This document shows, piece after piece, positions 38,836 to 47,807 of a stretch of DNA of 64,000 bases. The position numbers were made by a program, and so were the translations under genes. The stretch is from IMG/VR virus record IMGVR_UViG_3300020420_000008, positions 1-64,000 of that record. The stretch is one strand, 5' to 3'. How positions within the stretch are numbered: position 1 is the first letter of the stretch; each line of letters begins with the position of its first letter. The notes under the pieces are model-generated. The model saw nothing but the letters and a program-made list of their open reading frames with translations. It had not been told where the DNA came from and searched no databases. The DNA comes from a virus.

Positions 38836-38959
38836 GAGGTAAAATGATAAAAAAATATATAAAGAAAGTAGCAGTAACAATATTAGAAGCAGTAAGTTTG
38901 TTTTCGATATTCGCTATCGGATACGTAGTATTAATAATTTGTCATGATGGAGGTTGCAC

Positions 38960-39343
38960 ATGGTAAGAAGACGTAGAATGTCCGCAGAAGCCCGTAAGGC
39001 GGCTGGTGAAAGACTAGCGAAAGCTAGAGAGGAAAGGGCAAAGAAGAACCCGCCTAAACTAACACACATACACCCCGATGTTTTAGCAAAAGGTGAGGAT
39101 CACCCACTTTGCTACAAAAATGTAAAAGCTTGGTTAGTTTACAACAAAGCTATGTTACCAAGCTTGAAAAAGAATGTTCGTGCTAATGCTAAAGGTGCAA
39201 CTGCACGACTTATGGAAGTAGAGGGATATATCAGAAATCTGAATACCTATCTACGTAGTGGTGTTTATCTCGACTTGTTCTATGGTGCTGATCAAGAGAA
39301 ATTGATCAAGTATCGAACTGTGGTGCCAGCTGGAGATAAATAA
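38960..39343 (+). CDS. Conserved hypothetical protein
   Basis: AAGERLAKAR...YIRNL..YLRSG.Y.DLFYG; GGAGG RBS. Confidence 0.75.
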   Translation: MVRRRRMSAEARKAAGERLAKAREERAKKNPPKLTHIHPDVLAKGEDHPLCYKNVKAWLVYNKAMLPSLKKNVRANAKGATARLMEVEGYIRNLNTYLRSGVYLDLFYGADQEKLIKYRTVVPAGDK

Positions 39344-39470
39344 CATAGCAGAGTAATTTTTACCGGTGCGGTTAGTTTTGAACTCTTTAAACTCAGAAAC
39401 TAAAGTAGCGAGTTAATGTTTTTTGATAGTTTTTTAAACTCACATAAAGAAAAAAACTATCATAACTATA
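39344..39470 (+). other. Structured intergenic region with twin hairpins
   Basis: Perfect 12-bp stem 39424-35/39451-62 and imperfect stem about 39372-39403; both contain TTTAAACTCA. Confidence 0.5.
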
Positions 39471-39480
39471 AGGAAAGAAT

Positions 39481-39837
39481 ATGAATAACATTGTAAAGTT
39501 TCCAAATGATTATGTACCACCTGAGCAAGAGACTCTCTCAGACTTGAAAAAGAATATTGAGAAGAACAAGGAAATTTATATCAACAATGTTGTTGATCAA
39601 CACAGTAGTAATCTCTTAGCAAATATCTCTTTATCAGGATTTAACATAGACAAAGACGAGTTTATGAAAGATTTTGCTTTTACTGTAGAAACAATCCGTT
39701 CGTCACTTTATCGTAACATGGGACTACATCACCATTTTCAAGAACACATTGATGCTAATGTAGAAGTAACTGGTATTGAAGAACTAGGTGAGGATCAACA
39801 AATGTCTCTAGATTTTGGTAACAAAGATGATGAGTAG
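39481..39837 (+). CDS. Hypothetical protein
   Basis: MNNIVKFP start, AAGGA RBS. Confidence 0.7.
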   Translation: MNNIVKFPNDYVPPEQETLSDLKKNIEKNKEIYINNVVDQHSSNLLANISLSGFNIDKDEFMKDFAFTVETIRSSLYRNMGLHHHFQEHIDANVEVTGIEELGEDQQMSLDFGNKDDE

Positions 39838-39954
39838 TGTAGACTTACAAACTCACGCCGTTCTCAAAAGAGAAGTTAATAATGAAAAACTACCAAAAGA
39901 AGTGAAAGAATGGTTAGAAAAAAGAATTGAAGAATTAGAGTCTAAGAAGGAGAC

Positions 39955-39986
39955 TTGACAAAACACTCTAATATGTGATATAAATA
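39955..39986 (+). promoter_or_regulatory. Overlapping sigma70 and late promoter for rnh
   Basis: TTGACA at 39955; TATAAATA at 39979-86. Confidence 0.6.
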
Positions 39987-40014
39987 AAGATAGATAATTA
40001 AATAGAGTAATATA

Positions 40015-40878
40015 ATGATACTTTTGGACTTAAATCAGGTTATGATTAGTAACCTGATGATACAACTCCAAAATAACAATGACGAGATAGAAGAAGGTAT
40101 GGTACGTCATATGGTTCTTAATTCTATCCGGTTGTACAATGTTAAGTTTGGAGAAAAATATGGTGAGATGATAATCGCCTGTGATGATAAGAATTACTGG
40201 CGAAAGAGTATCTTTCCTTATTACAAAGCACACAGAAAAGCAGACAGAGAAAAATCACCATTAGATTGGAATAACATATTCAGTATTCTCAATAAAATAC
40301 GTGATGAACTCAAAGAAACATTTCCTTGGAAAGTTATACAAGTCGATACGGCAGAAGCAGATGATATTATAGCTACTATCTGTAATCGTTTTGGTAAGAC
40401 ACTCAAAGCTGAAGATGATATTGATATACTAATTATATCTGGTGATAAAGACTTTGCACAACTACAAAAGTATGCAAACGTAGAACAGTATTCACCAGTA
40501 ACTAAGAAGTGGATACGTATCAGTAATCCAGAGTCTTTCTTACGTGAACATATTATGAGAGGTGATAGAGGTGATGGTGTGCCTAACTTTCTATCGGCAG
40601 ATAATGTAATAGTTACAGGTGCTAGACAAAAACCTCTTGCATCGAAAAAGATAGAGAAATGGATAGGTTTAGATCCTAGAGATTTCTGCAATGAAGTGAT
40701 GTTAAGAAATTACAAGAGAAATGAATCTTTAGTCAATTTAGCTTTGATACCTTCAGCTATCGTCAATCAAGTAAATGAAAAGTATGATAATTATAAAATA
40801 CCCCCAAAAAGTGGACTACTTAACTATTTTATAAAGAATAGATTAAAGCTACTTATGGACAAAATTGGAGAATTTTAA
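40015..40878 (+). CDS. rnh: T4-type RNase H (5'-3' exonuclease)
   Basis: LDLNQ, YWRK..FPYYK..R, EADDII, SGDKDF.QL, GDRGDGVPN. Confidence 0.95.
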   Translation: MILLDLNQVMISNLMIQLQNNNDEIEEGMVRHMVLNSIRLYNVKFGEKYGEMIIACDDKNYWRKSIFPYYKAHRKADREKSPLDWNNIFSILNKIRDELKETFPWKVIQVDTAEADDIIATICNRFGKTLKAEDDIDILIISGDKDFAQLQKYANVEQYSPVTKKWIRISNPESFLREHIMRGDRGDGVPNFLSADNVIVTGARQKPLASKKIEKWIGLDPRDFCNEVMLRNYKRNESLVNLALIPSAIVNQVNEKYDNYKIPPKSGLLNYFIKNRLKLLMDKIGEF

Positions 40879-41315
40879 TGCCTGCAAGATCATTACATAG
40901 TATCTTTTCTGAAAACGAAAAAATAAAAGGAAAGATTGAACGTGTTCGACATATGAGAGAAAACTATACACCAGCAATGGGTATAGTTTTAGAGTTTACA
41001 TATAACCCTGCGAATAAATGGTTACTACCAAAAGGTACACCACCATATAAGAAGAATGAAATACCTTGGGATAATCAAGGACAACTTCACCATGAAGTAC
41101 GTAGGTTTTATTTGTTTACAGAGGGCAATACCGAAGCACAACGAAATCTAACCGATTTGAGAAGAGAAACTTTGTTCATTGATATGTTAGAAAATCTACC
41201 TGATGAAGAAGCTAAAATTTTATTAGGTATGAAAGCTGGTAAATTACCTTATAAAGGGTTCACTAAAAAGTTTGTTATGGAATGCTATCCAGCTATGTGT
41301 GAGTCTTGGGAATAA
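40878..41315 (+). CDS. Conserved T4-like hypothetical protein
   Basis: LPKG.PPYK...RRETLFI.MLE.L...EA. Confidence 0.8.
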   Translation: MPARSLHSIFSENEKIKGKIERVRHMRENYTPAMGIVLEFTYNPANKWLLPKGTPPYKKNEIPWDNQGQLHHEVRRFYLFTEGNTEAQRNLTDLRRETLFIDMLENLPDEEAKILLGMKAGKLPYKGFTKKFVMECYPAMCESWE

Positions 41316-41316
41316 A

Positions 41317-41499
41317 ATGTTTAAATTGGTTTTTATACTAATGATAATGAATGGTTCTGAAGTAGAAGGACAGATAACGTATTCTAGTATGCAGAAGTGT
41401 ATTTGGTATGCAAGTCAAATAAATGCACATGAAGATAGATTAGTAGGTAATTATTCAGCATGGTGTAAACCTGTGGCTGTAGAAAAGGTAGAAGAATGA
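41317..41499 (+). CDS. Small hypothetical protein
   Basis: Hydrophobic N-terminus, two Cys. Confidence 0.55.
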   Translation: MFKLVFILMIMNGSEVEGQITYSSMQKCIWYASQINAHEDRLVGNYSAWCKPVAVEKVEE

Positions 41500-41681
41500 T
41501 ATATGGTTGGATTTTAATAGCAGTTACATTGTATCCAGATGGTACACTAGAGGGCGAAGGCTTAGATTATTTTAATACTTATGAAGCTTGTTTTGAAAAA
41601 ATGAAAGAACTGTCAGTTACAGGACAAGGAATAGGGTACACTTGTATAGATGATTATGTTGATGTGAGGCATGAGATTTAA
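41496..41681 (+). CDS. Small hypothetical protein
   Basis: Hydrophobic N-terminus, two Cys. Confidence 0.55.
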   Translation: MIYGWILIAVTLYPDGTLEGEGLDYFNTYEACFEKMKELSVTGQGIGYTCIDDYVDVRHEI

Positions 41682-41683
41682 GA

Positions 41684-42385
41684 ATGACAACTTTTATATC
41701 TGCACCTTTTGGAAACTATTTAAAATTCAAGAATGCTACGAGTGTAACTGGAACTTGGACATATCAACCTCGTCCAGGATTACTGAAGCAAATATTCAAG
41801 ACACTTAGATATACAAACCAAGGGTGGAGAAATAAGCTAGGTTTAAGAAATGCTGGAATAAATTATGGATTGAAGAAAACTAATTCTAATGAAGTATTGA
41901 GTATTGCCGCCATTGACAAATATGATTGGATAAACTTAGACTCCATAATTCCTTCTAATCAGAATATTGAATTGAATATAAGTTGTCCTAATCTAGAAGT
42001 TCACCAAGATACCACAAATTTTAAAGGTTTTGATTTATGGACAAATAGAATAGCTAAGTGGTGTATCATTAAAGTTCCTCCTATCGCATCATACGAACTA
42101 TTAGATAAGATAGTAGATTTAGGATTTACACAGATACATGCTAGTAATACTCTACCAACTGACAAAGGTGGATTGAGTGGGAAGGTATTATTACCTTATA
42201 CTAAAAGAATTATTGAATATCTTAAATCTAAATATAATCATGTAGAAGTGATCGCTGGTGGTGGAATACAGAAATCTTGGCACGCCGAATATTATAAAAA
42301 TCTTGGTGCTGATCACATAAGTATAGGCACAGCCTGTTTTAATCCTTATAAAGTATGGAAAATTGTTAACAAAAATGACTTTTGA
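41684..42385 (+). CDS. pyrD: Short dihydroorotate dehydrogenase-like protein
   Basis: N.LGLRN.G, ELNISCPN, SNT, GGLSG, IAGGGI, GAD..IGT. Confidence 0.75.
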   Translation: MTTFISAPFGNYLKFKNATSVTGTWTYQPRPGLLKQIFKTLRYTNQGWRNKLGLRNAGINYGLKKTNSNEVLSIAAIDKYDWINLDSIIPSNQNIELNISCPNLEVHQDTTNFKGFDLWTNRIAKWCIIKVPPIASYELLDKIVDLGFTQIHASNTLPTDKGGLSGKVLLPYTKRIIEYLKSKYNHVEVIAGGGIQKSWHAEYYKNLGADHISIGTACFNPYKVWKIVNKNDF

Positions 42386-42584
42386 AATATTTTCAATTAT
42401 ATGTTTAATAGCAACAGTTGCTATTGTACCAATATACATGTGGTTACTATACAATATTAAAAACTCATGGACATCGAACTCACATGACACTCAAGGTGGT
42501 AGTATGACTATACTTGAAAATGAAAAAGAACCAAAAGTAACTTGGATGGATCCGATAATTAAGAAAAATGATAAAAGAATATAA
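42375..42584 (+). CDS. Small membrane protein
   Basis: N-terminal TM. Confidence 0.55.
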   Translation: MTFEIFSIICLIATVAIVPIYMWLLYNIKNSWTSNSHDTQGGSMTILENEKEPKVTWMDPIIKKNDKRI

Positions 42585-43104
42585 AGTAAATCTATCAGAA
42601 GAACAAGAAGGTTTTATTGAATGGGTGGTAAACGAAGTGGACTTTCCTTTGTATTCATTCTTCTCTACTCACTCTCATGGAAATATAAATCCAGTATTCG
42701 GGCACATACTTAGAACAAGAATTGATGATGAAAATAGTGATGAGTGGGGTGCATCAAACTCTGATTTTACACATAAGTTTGATAATATATTCATGGATTT
42801 TTGTAAAGAATATGATATAAAATGCAATAGAATACTTAGATCAGCAGTTAATTTCACAACACATCAACCTAGTGATTCTGAATATTTTATTCATCGTGAT
42901 CATAATTTTTCACATAAAAACTTTCTCATGTATTTAAATGAGTGGACTGGTGGTGGAACTCGGTTCTTTGATGATGAGAAAAAACTTATAAAAACAGTAG
43001 GGCCACAGAAATATAAGGCAATTGTAAGTGATGGTGAACTTCATACACAGGAATATTGTGATCCACATCAAATAAGGGTTGTCTTAGTAGTGACATTTAA
43101 CTAA
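42568..43104 (+). CDS. 2OG-Fe(II) oxygenase
   Basis: HRD, LMYLN...GGT, H, R.V.V. Confidence 0.75.
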   Translation: MIKEYKVNLSEEQEGFIEWVVNEVDFPLYSFFSTHSHGNINPVFGHILRTRIDDENSDEWGASNSDFTHKFDNIFMDFCKEYDIKCNRILRSAVNFTTHQPSDSEYFIHRDHNFSHKNFLMYLNEWTGGGTRFFDDEKKLIKTVGPQKYKAIVSDGELHTQEYCDPHQIRVVLVVTFN

Positions 43105-43263
43105 TGCGAAGAAATAGAAAAGTAGATCCAAAAGACTATATAAAGATAAGAATAGAGCAACTAAAAGAAGAGCGAAAGAAATCTGAAGATAGAATGACTC
43201 AAATGTGGATATATAAAATAGTTAGTGAATTGCAATACGTTCTTCAGATAATGGAGAAAAGAA

Positions 43264-43509
43264 GTGATAGATTACCCTGATGGTTTTAGCAACGAATGGA
43301 GAGAGTATATGACATATGATAAAACTACAGATCCAGATGCTGGACTAAAACTATATGACACAGAAGAAGCATTCAGTTTAGACTTTACTGCTAAGAAAAG
43401 AGAAGGCTTTACATCTACAACTGATCATGCCATGCGACATGAGATGCAAAGAATGGTTGATAAAATTAATGAACTTGAAAATAGAATAAAAGAATTGGAG
43501 AAAAAATGA
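43264..43509 (+). CDS. Hypothetical protein
   Basis: Tiling; GGAG upstream. Confidence 0.55.
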   Translation: MIDYPDGFSNEWREYMTYDKTTDPDAGLKLYDTEEAFSLDFTAKKREGFTSTTDHAMRHEMQRMVDKINELENRIKELEKK

Positions 43510-44120
43510 GTACTGCTTTTATAATTGGAAATGGACCTACAAGAAAAGGTATCGACTTGAACGATTTAGTAGGTAAAGGTGAACTATATGGATGCAATGC
43601 ACTCTATAGAGATTTTGATAAGTTTGATTATCTCGTAGTAATCGATGAACAGTTTAGAAAACTCATAGAAATGGGTGGTAAAGAAGGCTTCGTTGAAAAC
43701 ACTAAACTTATATTACCACCAGATGAAGAGTGTGTAGAAGAGACTACAGGTAGACGCTCAAATGCAGGTATGAATGCTATGAAAGAAGCTATAAAGCGTG
43801 GTGCTGAAAAACTATTTTGCTTAGGCTTTGATTTTGTTTTAGTAGACGAAGAGCAAAACACAGATAACATATATAAAGGTACTGAAGGTTACGGCGAAGA
43901 AACTCATGCTACATATGAGGACAGTAAGCATAGAGTAAATTATCTAAACTGGTTCATGAAAAATAATCCTAATGTTAGATTTACTTTTGTTATTCCTGAA
44001 GCAACTCAGTTGTTCAATATTGGTTTAGATTTAGATAATTGTTTTGGTATGTCAATTGTTAATTTTAACAAACACTACGGAGAACAGGTAGTTGTGGAAG
44101 AGGCTAAAGAAGCGAGTTAG
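43506..44120 (+). CDS. Maf/CstII-like (DUF115-type) transferase-fold protein
   Basis: IIGNGPTR, GCNALYRDF, SNAG..A, LGFDF, NIY.GT. Confidence 0.65.
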   Translation: MSTAFIIGNGPTRKGIDLNDLVGKGELYGCNALYRDFDKFDYLVVIDEQFRKLIEMGGKEGFVENTKLILPPDEECVEETTGRRSNAGMNAMKEAIKRGAEKLFCLGFDFVLVDEEQNTDNIYKGTEGYGEETHATYEDSKHRVNYLNWFMKNNPNVRFTFVIPEATQLFNIGLDLDNCFGMSIVNFNKHYGEQVVVEEAKEAS

Positions 44121-44307
44121 AAGTTTATGGAATGTTGATACTATTATCGACATTGTAGTTGACTTTTTATTATTAGTTCTTGATGTTATTACTTCACCTA
44201 TATTAATTGTAATAAGAATATTACGACACTTTTTTAATAACTGGATAAAAGAAAAAATTAAAAAAGCTTTGAAATGGTTCGCTCATAAAGTTCTGCGATT
44301 ACCATAA
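44092..44307 (+). CDS. Small hydrophobic hypothetical protein
   Basis: Hydrophobic core. Confidence 0.5.
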   Translation: MWKRLKKRVRSLWNVDTIIDIVVDFLLLVLDVITSPILIVIRILRHFFNNWIKEKIKKALKWFAHKVLRLP

Positions 44308-44400
44308 TAACTAATGCTAGTACATCAGGTAAAAGAATCACCACAATTAAAAAAACTACTATTCAAACTAACTATGCTATCAGCACTGGTTTGTTTTATC

Positions 44401-44429
44401 TTGACAAAGCTACATGAATGGCTTATACT
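44401..44429 (+). promoter_or_regulatory. Sigma70-type promoter
   Basis: TTGACA-N17-TATACT; GAGAGGT RBS downstream. Confidence 0.8.
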
Positions 44430-44486
44430 AGATATAGAGCAAAAATGGTTGCTACAATTAATTGATTATATTATGAGAGGTAATTT

Positions 44487-45041
44487 ATGAATATATTTTA
44501 TTTAGATGAAGATCCAGTGAAGTGTGCTAGAATGCATGTCGATAAACATGTTGTAAAAATGATTGTAGAGTATGCACAACTTCTATCTACAGCACATAGA
44601 GTTCTAGATGGTAAAGAGACTATAGAACTATCTAAAAATGGACGTAAAATAAAAAGATATAGATTTACTAATAACTACAAAGAAGCTACTTACTACCTTG
44701 CTTGCCACGTTAGTCACCCATCAGCCGTATGGGCTAGACAATCATCTCTGAACTACAGATGGTTATATAATTTGTTTGTTGCATTGTGTGATGAGTACAC
44801 GTATCGATATGGCAAAAGACACTCTACAGATGAAAAACTTAGAGTTGCTCTAGCTATGAAACCTATAAATATACCAGAGAAAGCATTTACACAACCCACA
44901 CCTGCGATGAGTCATTATCCAGATTGTATAGTTGAAGGCGACTCACTGAAGTCATATCATAACTATTACATAGAAGCTAAAAACTCATTTGCAAAGTGGA
45001 CAAAAAGAAGTGTCCCATCATGGTATCAATTCGCCCATTAA
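44487..45041 (+). CDS. Pyrimidine-dimer DNA glycosylase-like protein
   Basis: MNIFYLD, DKHVVKM..EYAQLLST, H..HPS..W, EY.YRYGK.H. Confidence 0.8.
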   Translation: MNIFYLDEDPVKCARMHVDKHVVKMIVEYAQLLSTAHRVLDGKETIELSKNGRKIKRYRFTNNYKEATYYLACHVSHPSAVWARQSSLNYRWLYNLFVALCDEYTYRYGKRHSTDEKLRVALAMKPINIPEKAFTQPTPAMSHYPDCIVEGDSLKSYHNYYIEAKNSFAKWTKRSVPSWYQFAH

Positions 45042-45337
45042 CACAAAAAGTTATAGACGCTTTACGTTGCGTTCATGATCCAGAAATACCCAATATAAGT
45101 GTTCTGGATCTTGGACTTATATATGAGTTAGAAGTTACAGAAGATGGTGATGTTTACATTCAACACACCCTAACAAGTATGATGTGTCCTTTTGCGGATC
45201 AAATCTGCAAGGATATAGAAGAAGCACCTAAAGGTGTTGTCGGTGTAAAATCTGTAAAGAGAGAATTAGTTTTCAATCCACCATTCACTATGGACATGGT
45301 ACCAGAAGATACTAAAATTATAATGGGGTGGGCATGA
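45020..45337 (+). CDS. SufT/MIP18 (DUF59) Fe-S assembly protein
   Basis: V.DPEIP.ISV.DLGLIY, TLTS..CP. Confidence 0.9.
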   Translation: MVSIRPLTQKVIDALRCVHDPEIPNISVLDLGLIYELEVTEDGDVYIQHTLTSMMCPFADQICKDIEEAPKGVVGVKSVKRELVFNPPFTMDMVPEDTKIIMGWA

Positions 45338-45615
45338 TAGAACTAACAGAACGAGCAACAGAATATCTTAAAAAAGTTGGTAAGCCTAATGTATCACTTA
45401 CTGTAAAAGGTGGGGGTTGTTCAGGTTTTCAGTATGAATGGGGAACAACAGATGAACCAGCTACAGTTGCTAATCTATGGTTAAATCCTATCGCAGAGAT
45501 GTTTGTATTTGGTTGTACTATAGATTACGTAGAAGAACTTGGTGGTAGCTATTTAAAAGTAATTAACCCAAATGCAAAGGCGAGTTGCGGTTGTGGCGAG
45601 TCTTTCGCTGTATAA
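45334..45615 (+). CDS. A-type Fe-S carrier (IscA/HesB family)
   Basis: GGGCSGFQY, NPNA..SCGCGESF. Confidence 0.92.
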   Translation: MIELTERATEYLKKVGKPNVSLTVKGGGCSGFQYEWGTTDEPATVANLWLNPIAEMFVFGCTIDYVEELGGSYLKVINPNAKASCGCGESFAV

Positions 45616-45618
45616 ATA
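45611..45618 (+). promoter_or_regulatory. T4-type late promoter
   Basis: TATAAATA. Confidence 0.65.
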
Positions 45619-45642
45619 CATTGTGATGAACAAGGAGCATTA

Positions 45643-45978
45643 ATGCCTTTATATACATTTATGAACAAAGACACAGATGAAGTCTTTACAGAAATGATGT
45701 CTATCTCTCAGAGAGAAGAATATCTTTCGCAAAACCCAAACATCAGCCAAAAAATAGTGACAGTTAATATGATTAGTGGAAGCGGATTAAAGAATGATAA
45801 CGGTTGGAAAGAAAACCTCTCCCGTATTGCAGAAGCACACCCTAACTCAGCATTGAATGATAAGCTTGGTGGTAGAACTACCAAACATGCTAAAGCTATG
45901 TCAACACTAGAAAAACATGGAGTAAGAAAAGGGACTTATTCTAACATAAAGGAGAAGCCATTGTCAGCAAACGATTAA
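45643..45978 (+). CDS. Conserved T4-like protein upstream of phoH (FmdB-like N-terminus)
   Basis: MPLYTF.N..T.E; GWKE.LSRI..AHP.S. Confidence 0.7.
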   Translation: MPLYTFMNKDTDEVFTEMMSISQREEYLSQNPNISQKIVTVNMISGSGLKNDNGWKENLSRIAEAHPNSALNDKLGGRTTKHAKAMSTLEKHGVRKGTYSNIKEKPLSAND

Positions 45979-45990
45979 CAAGGAGAATCC

Positions 45991-46731
45991 ATGTCAAACA
46001 ATCTCTCATATTTTCAAAATAATATTGTACCATTAACGAATAAACAAAAGAGAAAGCTAAAAAGAGTAAATACGGGTTTAAGAATAAAAGAAATAGAACC
46101 CATGACGAAAACGCAAGAGAGAGTATTTAATTCATATTATAGTGGTAAAAATATAATGTGTCATGGTGTAGCAGGAACAGGTAAAACATTTATCGCAACA
46201 TATCTAGCAACACAAGAAGTATTGAGTAATTATAATGACACACGTAGTTTACATATCATACGAAGTGTAGTACCAACAAGAGACATGGGATTTCTTCCTG
46301 GTAATCAAAGAGAGAAATCAAAAGTATACGAAGCACCTTACTATTCAATCTTTACTGAACTGTTTGAAAGAGGTGATGCTTATGAGATACTCAAAGGGCG
46401 TGAGCAAGTATACTTTACAACAACATCTTTCATAAGAGGCTTGACTATTAATGATGCGGTTGTTATAGTAGATGAATGTCAGAATATGACATATCATGAG
46501 TTAGATAGTATAATCACACGATTAGGTGATAATTGTAAAATAGTATTTTGTGGTGATTTTAGACAAAGCGATTTTAGATTTCAAGATGAACGAGAAGGTG
46601 TCTTAGAATTTATGAAAGTTATTAAAAGAATGAAGTCATTTGATTTTATAGAATTTGATAAACATGACATTGTAAGGAGTGATTTGGTGAAAGAATATAT
46701 TATTTCGAAACTCGATCTTGGAATGAGTTGA
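45991..46731 (+). CDS. phoH: PhoH-family ATPase
   Basis: GVAGTGKT, GFLPG, FIRG.T, DECQN, TRLG, CGDFRQSD, DIVRS. Confidence 0.95.
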   Translation: MSNNLSYFQNNIVPLTNKQKRKLKRVNTGLRIKEIEPMTKTQERVFNSYYSGKNIMCHGVAGTGKTFIATYLATQEVLSNYNDTRSLHIIRSVVPTRDMGFLPGNQREKSKVYEAPYYSIFTELFERGDAYEILKGREQVYFTTTSFIRGLTINDAVVIVDECQNMTYHELDSIITRLGDNCKIVFCGDFRQSDFRFQDEREGVLEFMKVIKRMKSFDFIEFDKHDIVRSDLVKEYIISKLDLGMS

Positions 46732-47396
46732 CGTTTACTCATTTAGGAATCGACATACCTGAAATTAACACTGAAACAATAGATGGTAAAAGATACTATG
46801 TAACACCTACAGGTGAGAAGTATCCATCTATAACGACAGTATTAGGGCATTTCAATAAGAAAGCTATTTACGAGTGGAGACAAAGAGTTGGTGAAAAAGA
46901 AGCTAACAAAGTCTCCACTCAAGCATCACGCCGAGGCACTAAGGTGCATCAGATGTGTGAAGATTTTATCAACAATGAACTTGATGAAAAGAAGTTCATG
47001 CCTTCTGATAGAGAAACTTTTAGCACTATAAAAGATACACTCTCCGAGAATATAAATAATGTTAGAGTTCAAGAAGCTACCCTTTATTCAGATTATTTAA
47101 GAGTCGCTGGACGGGTAGATTGTATCGCTGAGTGGAATAATAGGCTTTCCGTCATCGACTTTAAGACTTCCAGAAAACTTAAAAAGAAAGAGTATATTAC
47201 GAATTATTTTCAACAAGGTTCTGCCTATTGTGTTATGTATGAAGAAAGAACAAAAACACCAATCGATCAAGTTGTAATAGTCATAGCAGTAGATGGTGAA
47301 AGTCCTCAGATATTTATAGAAAAGAGAGACAACTGGATACTATCTACACAAAAAAAGATAAAATTATATGGAGAATATTATGATAAAATATCTTAG
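46728..47396 (+). CDS. PD-(D/E)XK exonuclease
   Basis: YPSITTVL, RGT.VH, AGRVDCIA, IDFKTS, Q..AY. Confidence 0.88.
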   Translation: MTFTHLGIDIPEINTETIDGKRYYVTPTGEKYPSITTVLGHFNKKAIYEWRQRVGEKEANKVSTQASRRGTKVHQMCEDFINNELDEKKFMPSDRETFSTIKDTLSENINNVRVQEATLYSDYLRVAGRVDCIAEWNNRLSVIDFKTSRKLKKKEYITNYFQQGSAYCVMYEERTKTPIDQVVIVIAVDGESPQIFIEKRDNWILSTQKKIKLYGEYYDKIS

Positions 47397-47754
47397 TTTA
47401 TTAGTGTTTATGTTATATGTTAGTTGTGGCACTATGTCGTGGGGCGATCATCAACCTTTATTAGAATCACGACACAAAATGTTTGAAAAAGGCGAAACAA
47501 CAAATTCACAAAAACCAGTTGTATGTCAGCACCCTGATTTAATTTTACATACACTTACACAAGACTGGCAAGAAGCACCTATCATGAGATGGGATAATGT
47601 CTCTGTACGTGAGAATGGTGAATTAATGAATACTACAATAGGATTTGGTTTAAATAAACAAACTGGCACATGGAGTTTAGTAGAGTTTATAAGTGAAGAT
47701 TGGGCTTGTATTATAGCGAATGGTTGGGGATTTACAGTTTTTACACCAGAATAA
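47380..47754 (+). CDS. Exported hypothetical protein
   Basis: Signal-like N-terminus, KPVVC...ACII. Confidence 0.6.
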   Translation: MIKYLSLLVFMLYVSCGTMSWGDHQPLLESRHKMFEKGETTNSQKPVVCQHPDLILHTLTQDWQEAPIMRWDNVSVRENGELMNTTIGFGLNKQTGTWSLVEFISEDWACIIANGWGFTVFTPE

Positions 47755-47772
47755 AATAAATAAAAAAAGTAC

Positions 47773-47804
47773 TTGACGAATCACGAATCAATATGCTATA
47801 AATA
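47773..47804 (+). promoter_or_regulatory. Promoter of the RNA cluster with tandem CGAATCA and an overlapping late promoter
   Basis: TTGACG; CGAATCA at 47777 and 47784; TATAAATA 47797-804. Confidence 0.75.
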
Positions 47805-47807
47805 AAG

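Noticed and set aside
44260-44361. Minus-strand hydrophobic peptide IVVFLIVVILLPDVLAL...
   Set aside because: No convincing start codon or RBS, and it overlaps a plus-strand ORF
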